Part shown: positions 1 through 11,400 of the stretch, one piece after another
How positions within the stretch are numbered: position 1 is the first letter of the stretch
Layout of the letters: the number at the start of each line of letters is the position of its first letter
Assembly (NCBI RefSeq): GCF_964355755.1
Contig: NC_092678.1
Coordinates: 18,183,365-18,247,364 of the forward strand
Length of the DNA stretch: 64,000 bases
Source: Antedon mediterranea
Lineage: Eukaryota; Animalia; Echinodermata
Direction of reading: 5' to 3'
The notes under the pieces: generated by a model
What the model was told of the DNA's origin: nothing
What the model saw: the letters and a program-made list of their open reading frames with translations, nothing else
Databases searched by the model: none
Translations under genes and position numbers: made by a program

Positions 1-3000
1 TCCAAGTGTATCGTTGGCAAGATTACCTAAAGTACTGCAAGTCTCTAAGTGCTCCAGAAAGATTCTTCCGAACTGTAAGTTTTAGAAATTCATTTTCCGT
101 TTGATATGGTTTTAAAATGTCTTCATAAAATTGACATTTTTTCTTCTACCGTGACTATCTATAAAAAAGAGAAACACCCTTTTTTTGGTGAACAAGTTTC
201 CTGTATAATGTACTCTTATTTTCTATTTAGTAATACGTTATGAGTACAGTAGAGAACCCTCCTTTGAGACATCGCTGTTAAGGGAACACTGTTGAGTGTC
301 AAAAGCGTTCCTTATTAGGCGTTCTACTGGATATTTATTTGTTAATAAAAATGGTGTGGACATTATGAAATAAGTGGAGTGAAGTTGTGGCTTGGTGGTT
401 ATGTTGCTTGGCTACCAATCTAAGGGTCCTGTGTTCAAGTCCTGTCATGTCAGAAATTTTTCTCATGACAACTCCACTCTCAAAGACTTTTAAGTCTTTG
501 TTTGTAGAGCATCTTGTGTATAATGTTTGTTGTGTGTGAATAGGAGAGCCACATTTGAGAAAAGGACAGTGATTGAGTTCACTTGTGGTTATCCTTGGCA
601 ATTTGCCTAAAATTGAATAAAAAAATAAAAATAATAACTGATTGACAAAATAACTAAAACCTCTAAATCATCCTGCAGCACACAGAACATGATCACAAAA
701 TACAACGAGGGATGAAGCTGGAAGCTGCAAATCCGTTGATGAGGAATGGCAAGATGTACGTAGCGACCATAACAAAGATCATTGATCGATATGCATGGGT
801 GCACTTTGATGGTTTTCGTTATCCTAACGTGATCGTTGATATCGAGTCCGATACGCTGTTTCCTGTAGGCTGGTGCGAGGCTAACAACAACCCTCTACGA
901 GTGTCCTCAAAACTTCTACCAAGTAAGTTGTTTTAGTTACAGTAGAATCTTTAGTACAACTTCATTAAGGGGACTCACCAGGGCCCCACATTTTTCAGGG
1001 AAGTTCCTATTTAAGGGACACTTTGCTTAATCACTCCCTGGCTCTATCTCCTCTGTCTATTTATAGAGGGCACAATATGATTTTTTTTATGGTAAAAATA
1101 GTGGTTCCATGTCCCCAAACACTAGAGGGTGCTATATAAATGTTTATGATACTGCCTAGTACTTGTGTAAATGTTTACATTTTTTTTTTCAGTCAAAAAG
1201 CCGAAGGTGTCCGTAGTATGGAATGACAAAACGTAAGTTTTTAACTTCAAAACAACCTCATGAGTTTATATGCTAAGTAAATCTATTAAATATTTATTTA
1301 GGGTTAACTTTTACGTCACAACAGTCATTACTTCCATCACAGATGAATTAATAGTAATAATTAGTTATTTACTTTTGTAGAAAGAGGTCTTTGCACGGAA
1401 CACCCATGAGCCCAGGTCGTGACCTCTATCAGCGATTGCAAAGCCACAAAGGGGATGAAGGAGAAAGTGGTAAGTAGTAATCATATGCTAGGACAGGTCA
1501 TATAATAAGAATGCCCATGAACCCAGGTCATAACCTTTATTAACGATTGCAAAGTGATAAGGGGGATGAAGGAGAAACTGGTTTGTAATCATCATGCTAG
1601 GTCAGGTCATGGAATAAGAATGCCCATGAACCCAGGTCATGACCTCTGTCAATGATTACAAAGAGGATGAATAACAATTTGATATAAATACGGATTATAT
1701 TTTTTCATTAAATGTATGGTGAAATGTTAAACTTCAATTTGTATATGAATTGCAATGAAGATAATTGATTATTTATTGATTGATTGATTGATACTGTTTT
1801 TTTTTTCAGCATCGGGTAAAGGATCAATCTTGATTCCAAAGGTTTTCTTCAACCACAAATGCTTTTCGGGGCCTTACTTGAATAAAGGCCGAATAGCAGA
1901 ATTACCGAAGGCTATAGGACCTGGAATGGTGACGCTAGTACTTAAAGAGATTATGTCGCTTCTGATTAACGCAGCTTACAAGCCACCACGTGTACTACGC
2001 GAGTTACAGGTGGAAAACGACGAAACGGCCGGTATGAATGGACATCTACAAGTTATGAAAGCAAAGTAAGTTTGTCAATTTCGCAGGAATGTTTTGCCAA
2101 AAAGATTCTTAGTACTGTAGCTTCAGTTTTGTCACATGTAACCCTGTATCATGGAACTTGCCTATAATACTAAACAAATAATGCCTTATTTGTAGAAACC
2201 TGGTGCTCTAAATTCAGTACTGTACCTACTTTATGATATTATGGTCTACTAACTAATTTTCAGTCACGTGCCAGTCGGTTGGTCGGTAAACATTAACTTG
2301 AGCATGTGACTGCAGCCATGTATGGCCTTGTTTAACAGAATGTTCCCCAAAAACCATAATTATTATCTTTGCAATTGTATTAAGGCAAAATCTACAAAGG
2401 TGCAACGCGTCTAAGACACTGAAACAGAGTAGGTTTAGTTTTACGATTGTCTAAAATTTTCAATAATGGTAACCGACAGAAAACGTACAAGGAGAACGTC
2501 CTTTTTACCCCAGTCATTATCATTCCGAGAACCATCGTCTACACTTCCTGTAAAATTGTTATTGTTTCTTTAATTAATGTAAAATCATTTAGCAGTTATT
2601 AAAAAATGTACAATTTTTTTCCTATATTTTTTTAAGGTATAAAGGCAAAAGTTATCGTGCATTGGTAGAAATATGCAAGGTAGCCGACAACGTTGAGCAG
2701 TATTTACGCGAGATGTGTATCAAGTTGGAATGCTGTCCGAATCTCGTATCGTTCAAGTGTGTACAAGAGACATGCTCAGAAGACTGTTGGCAACTCACAA
2801 AGACAAAATACAGTAAGTTGAGTGCTGAATCTATAATATATCTCCAGTAGGAAAATGCCTAATACAGTGTCACATATGTATGGTATGTAAGGCATATGTG
2901 ACACTGTATTATAGAACTTGTCTACAAAATATGTAATGGTATTGTAGCTTGGTGGTTAGCTTTCATGCCTAATGTATTGTGTATAGTTTAATTCTGTGTC

Positions 3001-6000
3001 TAGTCATTTTTTAAATAGCCGTGATCTTTCGTTCACAAAGTACATTTTAAGATATCACCAACCGTTCGTTTTCACTAGTTTCTACACAACTACGCAGCTG
3101 TTGAGTCTAATACTCATTCTGCTCATATTTTGTGTGGACAGAATGACTTCTCAACTCAACAGCTGTCTAGTTGCATGGTGCATCGCGAAGATAAAGATTG
3201 CTAATATTGTAAAATGTATTTCGTGCCCAGCTTACACGGTTAAGCCGAAAATGGCCCTCTCTCAAAAAGAAGATACAGTTTTTAAAAACAGAAATTTAGT
3301 TGGATCACCCCTATTGCATAATGGAACCGTCTGTGAACAACTCTAATTAATAACTCATTAATAACTTCATTAATGGAAGAATCACTTCTATTTTCAGCAT
3401 ATTATTATGGCAAAAAGAAAAAAGCAGTGAAGCTTGGTAGACCACCAGGACGACAAAGCAACTTAGAATTTGGACCAAAGAAACCTGGAAAACGACGGAA
3501 AAAAAGAAAGCCATTCGTTCACAGGAAGAAGCATTACTCGCCTAACGGTAGTGATGAAACTAAAGACGGCAACGAAAATATGGAAACCGAGAATTCAAAC
3601 GAAACAGATAATGTACACCATGGAAAGCTAGAGTCTGGTGTTGTGCTACCAAGACTTGAGTTTAAGGCTGGTAAGACGCCACTCATGACACGTGCAAGGG
3701 CGCTTGTGATGTCGGCTAAACGAACTAAGGTAGGTGGTTGACATTGGTAAACAATAATGCTCACACTGTATAATAATACACAATGCAAAGCTTTGTCTAC
3801 ACTATCATTAACTACTGTAGTTTGACAAAAAAAGTGTGATGTGCCCAAATATGGTAGTGATATGACATCGTCATGTCCATATATGGGCACATCACATTTT
3901 TTTGTTACATAAAATTTGATAGTGCAGCCAGAGCTTAAAGAAGATTATCAGACAAACTTTCTTTAATAGATTAAATTCCATCAAAGCTCATAGACATCAT
4001 GTTCCACCCAGCCGCCTTAAGACCTATGGTGATCGAGCCTTTGCAGTTGCAGCTCCTAAACTGTGGAACAATCTTCCTGATCCTATTAAAAAAGCATACT
4101 CTATCATAGTTTTCAAAACACTCTTAAAAACCCATCTTTGTAATTACTTTCTGTTTTTCTCTTAGCGCTTTGGGACAATCTTTTTAGATTGTATAAGCGC
4201 TTTATAAATTGAACAACATTACATCCAAGAAAGTTGGACATACGATACAGGGTGGGCTTCAAAACCTTTTTAGTAAAATTCCAGTACAGTCATGTTGATA
4301 CCTCATGTGTGTAGATGCGTAGAGTAAAAAAATGTGAACAGTATAACCAAAAAAAATAAACACACTCACATAATAAATACTTTTCTTCCTTATATCTTAT
4401 TCTTTTTAACTCAAAATTATTTATACTAACAAGCATTACCATTTATAAGCCTAGTGTGTTATCATTATTGACATAATTTCATTTAACATCCACATACAGT
4501 ACAACTCTTCTTAACAAAATTTTTTCAATCTTCTATCAACTAAAAATCGTAGTTAGTCATGTCTCGGGTCACATTCTATGGTCACCGTACAGATAGGCTA
4601 CTACATCAGTACTTCTATGAATGGATGACTAATTGGTGACAAGAATGCTAGTTGGTCATACCCAGTACCGTTTTGATTTTTACGATCTTTCGGGAAACCA
4701 CCTCACGATGTTATACTTTATCTTGCAGCATATACCAACAAAGATGATGTTACCACCACGTGAACGAGGCACCAAAATGAAGACATTTGCTGCTATTCTA
4801 AACGCAGGACGTGGGAAAAGCAAAGAGAAGAAACATAAGAAAGACAAGGTAACGAATACCGATTTCAATAGATAACATTTTCATGTATATTCTGACTTTT
4901 ATGATCAATAAGAGATCTGTCCATTCAATTTCCATTGTTTTTAAGATTCAAGGCTCTGTATACAGGACTGATTTTTCCGTTAGCAATATACAAATCCAGT
5001 ACATTAAGCTCTGTCTACACTATCAACAACAAAATGTGATGTACTCATATGGACACATCAAACTTGTTAGTGTTATATATATTACAATTAGTAGCTATAA
5101 AGTTTGATAGTGTAGACAGTGCTTTAAAAATGAAAAAAAAAATAACATTAAAAAACAAGAATATTTAATAATAATATAGAGGAAACCCAGAGCTCTAGCT
5201 AATGAGCTATTTTGCCCTACATACTTGATACTCGGCTGGGGAAACCAAGCCTCTTCAAGAGGTACCCACTTCTGTTTTGAGCCATTGGCCCTTGGTTTCC
5301 TTTTTATTTGGGATATTTGCTATTTTTTTTATTAAATGAAGAGTTATGTTGAAAATGCTTCTTAAATCTAAGCATCAATTTTTTCTTTTTTTCAATATAA
5401 ACTAATAATTATTCTACTACTAACAGGAGAAGCATAGGACAAAACGAAATGATGTTCTGGAGTTGGATTCGAACCCACTCCACTGGGATGTGGACCGTGT
5501 CACAGAATTTATCAAAGGGACCGACTGTGCACCACTTTCAAGACTATTCAAAGAACAAGTAAAGCATAAGAAATTTTTATATTTCATGTTTATTTATGTT
5601 TTATGAAAATTACTACCGAAAATCTTCTAATAGTAACCCCCTTCCAATCTACGATAATTGAATTAATTGATATAACAAATTTATTAAATACATAACATCA
5701 TTTGAATAAAAAGAACAAATCACATATCTACACATAATCATAACATCGTGTACTCTATCTCTAACAATTTATTCAATCTTCTATCAACTAAAGCCGAAGT
5801 ATAGTCGTTATCTCGGGAGCCAGGTAGGTGGCTTACTTCATCAAAGCTTCTATGAATGGATGTACTGGTTGGGAGCAGAAAAACTAGTACACCATACCCA
5901 GTACCGTTTTGATTACGATCAATCGGGAAATTACCTCACAACGTTCTTATTCATTATTCTTGTTCGTGTACCTTATTCCCTCTTTTTATTTCAAAAGACA

Positions 6001-6224
6001 ACATATATTATTTGAGATCATGATACAGCCCCTATTTTATTTCATTTATCTGATTTCGTTTATAATTCTTATTTGTGTTTTTTCAGGAAATTGATGGCCA
6101 GGCTCTACTATTGCTGACATTACCCACAGTGCAAGAGTGTATGGAATTGAAGCTAGGCCCAGCCATCAAACTCTGTCACCACATAGAAAGAGTGAAAATT
6201 GCCTTTTATGAGAACTTTGCATGA
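1..6224 (+). CDS. SFMBT1: Scm-like with four MBT domains protein (SFMBT1/2-like Polycomb protein), 3' part; 5' end is outside the window
   Basis: Phase-consistent GT/AG exons: <1-74, 679-922, 1193-1232, 1381-1469, 1810-2065, 2637-2812, 3398-3729, 4729-4848, 5427-5558, 6087-6224 (TGA). MBT repeat (GMKLEAANP...VHFDG...FPVGWC), SLED domain ([21 protein letters not shown]...YKGKSYRA), basic region, and C-terminal [48 protein letters not shown], nearly identical to the vertebrate SFMBT C-terminus as I recall it. Confidence 0.95.
3788..3938. mobile_element. Abundant palindromic MITE of about 150 bp (AGCTCTGTCTACACTATCAAAC...GTTTGATAGTGTAGACAGAGCT family)
   Basis: Further full or partial copies at about 5006-5125, 11488-11632, 12700-12800, 13338-13452, 26670-26820 and 28516-28666, all sharing TGTGATGTGCCC.AATATGG...GGCACATCACATTTTT. 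Confidence 0.8.
3990..4215 (+). mobile_element. 3' fragment of a CR1/L2-clade LINE
   Basis: Translates to [25 protein letters not shown]...FKTLLKTHL, a typical L2/Crack ORF2 C-terminus. Confidence 0.75.
4524..4712 (+). ncRNA. Candidate structured intronic RNA, copy 1 (SFMBT intron, abuts the 3' splice site)
   Basis: Shares ordered blocks with 5772-5945: TTCAATCTTCTATCAACTAAA, TCTCGGG, CTTCTATGAATGGATG, CATACCCAGTACCGTTTTGATT, TACGATC, TCGGGAAA..ACCTCAC. The variable spacer folds as ATGACTAATTGG/CTAGTTGGTCAT with G-U pairs on the + strand. Confidence 0.45.
5772..5945 (+). ncRNA. Candidate structured intronic RNA, copy 2 (last SFMBT intron)
   Basis: Paralog of 4524-4712. The spacer sequence differs but still forms a hairpin (TGTACTGGTT/AACTAGTACA); ATCAAAGC pairs with GTTTTGAT. 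Confidence 0.45.
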
Positions 6225-6664
6225 AACCTTGAGTGTATTGGATTATAGTGTATAACACTTTCACACAGTCTATTCAGATATCGTAAAAATATGCGAAGTT
6301 AAGATCCTGAAGTAAGAAAGGACATACAGCTAGTTGTTACACCACCAAAATACAGTGTAACATGGAGACAATGTTAGGCCTAGGCTGGTTACGATTGCCC
6401 AATATAACAGCTATTTTATCTATATATGTCTAATGTGTAAAATAGCATGGTGGCAACGTTTAGGCCTAGATAATCATTGTATTGTATAGAGACTGAATAT
6501 ATAATATGTTACTGTTAAATCATGCATTGTAACAATGATATTGTCAATGTTGCAGGCTAGTGTAGTAGTCTGTCCATCTACCTGAAGCATTGGGAAACGC
6601 ATACACAACTATCACAATTTCAGTCTGGGATATCGATAAACGAAAAAACAGCCTAGATTTTCCT

Positions 6665-6833
6665 AGGCCTAATTTACACATACGAGCGGTAACGGTAAGC
6701 GGAAATCCATGTAGGTTGTCCCACGTAGAATCTATATTTATCGTGAGCGGAAACTGCTCGTCCTCTCCGCGTTGTGTGTAACAGATTCTATATTTGTTAT
6801 TACCGTTACCACTTGTCTGCGTAAATTGGCCTT
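6665..6833. mobile_element. Short Harbinger-like MITE (17300 family) downstream of the SFMBT stop codon
   Basis: AGGCCTAATTTACACATACGAGCGGTAACGGTAA ... TTACCGTTACCACTTGTCTGCGTAAATTGGCCT. Confidence 0.7.
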
Positions 6834-7317
6834 TAACATAAGATAGTCATGTTTTATGAGGATGAAAATATCATTTTTTTTTCACATTAATTTTTGTATT
6901 TATTTCTTGAAAAACCCAAAAATGGAATGTGAAATGTAGGGCTGAACTTCAAAGAAGGCAGACAAAAAGCATATAATCTATTTCTCTGTGCATTATGAAG
7001 AACCAATAAGACATTCAAAGAGTTTTAACCTCTTTTTCTTTAAAAAAAATTATATTTTGTTTGGTGCTAATAGATTGCAAAATAAACCAGAATTTCAAAT
7101 TATTAATATACAGACCAGTGACTATTACTGTATTTTAGTGTCAATGTGATTGTGAAAAGAGGCTGGAATTGACCCAAAAAAATAGGTGGGGAGGGAGAAA
7201 GATTGAGTAGGGGTAAGGATACAAAACACAATGGTGCTTTCGTTTTTATTGTTTTTACTATTTGCTTTAATATGTTCTGTTCAACCCCTGTGATACAGTA
7301 TCAATTTCAATAGACAT

Positions 7318-7653
7318 AATAAAGATGTATTGTCTCCCTGATAAACGTTTTTGTTGAATATGCCATTTTAATATAACATAATAGTTATCCACTTTGACCA
7401 AAAATTGGATCGAAAAAAAATACATTTACCTGAAAAAACTGTAATTTAAAGCAAAAAATGGCCAAATTGACTGCCTGCCAGCCAGTGGGTTTTGATTGAA
7501 TTTAACCATTTATTTTGTCAATTTATAGGTGAAAACAATAAAAAAGGGAATGATGGAAATGATTAACTTTATTATAACTACAAAATAACGTATTCAAAGT
7601 CTGATTTAATTAATCTTCATTTTTCTTTTTTTGGGGGGACAATACATATTTAA
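7318..7653. mobile_element. TTAA-type MITE (AGATGTATTGTCCCCC ends); inverted copy at about 57010-57331, end fragments at about 27126 and 29000
   Basis: 7300-7650 is the reverse complement of about 57010-57331 (e.g. GCCAGCCAGTGGGTTTT / AAAACCCACTGGCTGGC). Confidence 0.7.
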
Positions 7654-8447
7654 ATAAACGCTAATTATTACATACAGTATATAAACAATCTCATTTATGT
7701 TGTTCGTTCGTTTAAAATTATGCAAGTATTCAACGAACTTTAACCTTTTGAAAGTAGAGACGTTATTTTTTGCTAAATGCAACGCAAACATTGATACAGT
7801 TGCAAATGTTAAATATATGTTAATTTTTTTATTTTCGTTTTTAAAAGACACAAAGATTATTGTTGCTAAAAAAATAAACTATTTTGAAATAGCATTTGAG
7901 TTGTTGTTAAGAATCTTTATTTATAAGTTTATAATCGAGATGATGAATCATACTGTTTTCCTGCAATATAAATTACGTAACTGTTTTTATGTGTGGAAGA
8001 TTTTAATAATGTGAGCCTGTATATTTCAAGGCTCTTTTTATATTATGTGCCGTATTTATTTAAATAAACACCCTGCAGTGTTTATTGTTCAGGAGGGTTT
8101 TTAGAGGGGTCAGTGGTCAATTGTAGATCATAGAAGTCAATTCATTTTTATGTGTTGTAATACAATATTGTGTGTATATGCATGTGGCGGGGTCGTTTAT
8201 TTGAGGGAAAAAATAAGGCCTTGGGCTTTATTTAAGGGTCGTGTGGGGGTAGGGGGCGTTATTTTAATAAATATTATTGTTTTAATTTATATTTGATAGC
8301 TTATGTTACAGTAAATTAGTTTGTGATGAAGTCTACAAAAACTACTCAAACCAGTATCTCACAAAACAAGGCACACTTCCGTGAATGGTAAATATTTAAT
8401 TTATTTTCTTTATTTTTTTCATCTTATATTTTTATCTTTACATAGTT

Positions 8448-11400
8448 TTATTTCTTTTTATCTTCATCTGTTCGCCTTTCTTTCCATTGATCTATTACAA
8501 ACGATATTAATTTTTTTTCTGATAAGAAAATTGTGATCAAAGTGATTAGTAGGCACACAGCTCCTATGACGACATGGAGAAAACGATAAAAAATGCCTTG
8601 ATTACAGCAAAACGTAATCTGCAGAAAAAAGAATGAAACAAATTGTATGTCACCAAATTGTTGAATATTTAAAGATAATTTAACTACTACTACTACTATT
8701 TGACCGTTGGTCGCCATGAAGGTGACATATGGTTTGGAATTGTCAAGCTAGCTGCATCAAGAAAACATGTTTCGTGGATTTTGAAAAATTGTAACATAAT
8801 TATAATAGCCTAGACACTTCGAGGGTGCCTAGCTTATTATATACTAGATTATTGGCTCCATGGTTTAGATAGAGTATAAAGGGTTTGGCAGTGGAATAAC
8901 ATAACATAGAACCATGGACCTATAAATTAGATTTATAAGTAGGTTCATGATAGAACAATTAAAGTAATAGTGGTTTTGCATGAGGCTAAATATAACACAA
9001 AATTAACAATAGTTATTCTTCATTCAAGATTTGCATTCTTTAAAAAAAAAATTGTGCTCAATAGCCTAATTTTGTTATTATTTTGACATATATTTATTTA
9101 AGTTTGCTTCATATGAGTATTTATTGTATCTGCTTTCTGTCTCATACCTTTAAGTGACAACTTTCGTTGCTGTAGGTTTTGATGAAATAAAATTAAATTA
9201 AAAAATAAAATAAAACATGGCCAATATTAAATATTAATAGATAGATAGATTTTTTTTTTTTTTTTTTGATTTTTTTTTTATGATATGGACTTTGTTCTGA
9301 AATAAAAGTGAATTGAATTGAATTTTTTTATAAAACACTACTTGGTCCTAAGGGGTTAATGGTGTTCTATTGTTTCGTCTAATTTTTAGGATTGGTATTG
9401 AAGGTAAACAAAATTGATAGAAATAAAACAATTTAACTTACCTCTGAAAATATGGTAATTAGGCCAGACACGGTAAAAACTACAAGCACAGGAGGTGTAG
9501 GTACAAGTCCTGATAGGGGACTGTATCTGCTTCCTTTGTAGAAATTACTGATGAAATAAATACTGTTGGATAAAAAAAAAATATTTAAATAAATGTTAAA
9601 TTATTATTTTTTAGCTTCAATTTGTCTTTGCAGACTTTTAATGCTTAATTTATACAATATCCTTTTATATAATTTACCTTTAAATATTTAGTTTTCAAGA
9701 AATTGTCGTCACATTTTATATAGTGCATTAGTGGTGGATTCATGATTTTAAAATGGGTGGGGGATGCGCAGGGAATAGGAAGTGGGTTGTCGAGAAAGGA
9801 GCTTATACATATTGTAACATAGAGTGTTGCACTAAATCTATTTCATATTGTTTGCATTTGAAATTTTAGGTAGGTGGCCCACACTATATTTAGTCTGTGT
9901 TGCATAGAGCACCAATAAAAGTAAAGCTAGCCTATTTCATTGGAACTGCTGAATGTTAATCCAATTATAAGATATGACGGATGACATGCAAATCAAGCAG
10001 AAAACCAATATGATTTATTTTCAATCGCATTTTTAATATCTTACCTGTGAATTATTCTAGCTAGCATGTTGAGGCAATTGGCTAGGATAAAGCCAACACT
10101 GCCTACACTCTTTGTAAGAAAATAAGATGATGTTAAAAACACTACTGAGAAGCCTAACATCTTATGATTGTACCTATAAAAAATATTAGTAATCAACTTA
10201 TTTGAATAAAATATTACTAAATTATGCACAAAACATAGTTAGTCTTTCACACACATTGTAAAAACAATATATATATATATATATATGCACATTGACCAAT
10301 TTACAGGTGGTACTACCTCCATGTTTAAACACTGCATTCACATCATGAAACAAACTAAATTTTCCAAGAATTGGAATACCAATTTTATGGTAAGTTAAGA
10401 TTTGTAATTGTTCTATTTCTCTTCATTTTGTACAGCTGCATTAGTTAAGTAATTAAAGCACAGTATTAGAAACAGAATACATGATTGTCTAGGCCTAGCC
10501 CTTGTTTATTCTATGGATGTTAGCATTTGCTGGTCAGGCATGTATAATGAGCATCTGTCAGGGCTGGGACAATTTGCCAGGGCTGGGACATTTAGCCAGG
10601 ACTGGGACATTTTTCCAGGGCTTGGCAATTTTTTCAGCCAGGGTTGGACAATTTGCCAGGGCTTGGCCAATTTTCCAGTACTTGGACATTTTGCCAGGGT
10701 TGGACATTTTTCCAGGGCTTGGCAATTTTTTCAGTCAGGGTTGGACAATTTGCCAGGGCTTGGACAATTTGCCAGGGCTTGGACAATTTTCCAGTACTTG
10801 GACATTTTGCCAGGGTTAGACAATTTTCCAGGGCTTGGACAATTTTCCAGTACTTGGACATTTTTTCCAGGGCTTGGACAATTTTCTAGGGCCTGGACAT
10901 TTTGCCAATGCTTGGACATTTTATATATTTTCCAGGCATTGGAGTTGCTCATATACAGTATGTAAGGAGGCCAAGTTATATTATAATAGCTTTTTTTCTT
11001 AAATTGTCCATGTTTTTAGAGTTCTATTGTAAGCAAGTATTGCCCTAAACTTAAATTGATATGTGCCAGGTTTTTTAATTTATGTTTTCGTACTAGGCAT
11101 GTGTATGCATGGAGGAAATATATAGATATTTCCTCCATAGTGTATGATAGTTATAACAATAATAATAATATGAATTTGTAATGCGCCAATTCCAGCAGTA
11201 AGTGATCATGAGAGAGCTCAATTTGAAAGAAAAAGATGAGTTTTCAAGGCAGATTTAAAGGTGATAGTAGAAGAACATGATCTTAATAGCGGCGGGTAGG
11301 TCATTCTATAAGCGAGAGGCAGCAGTTATGATTGTTTTGCCATTTGTTTCAAAAGACATCCATTTTGATTTGCTATGCATTAACTTAGCTTTTGTTACTC

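Noticed and set aside
8448-8470. Di-lysine ER-retrieval signal at the RFT1 C-terminus (EDKKK)
   Set aside because: Lys is at -3 but not at -4 or -5, so it is not a canonical KKxx or KxKxx motif.
10502-10965. Overlapping ORFs and a CRISPR-like appearance
   Set aside because: Tandem units without unique spacers, no cas genes, eukaryotic intron.
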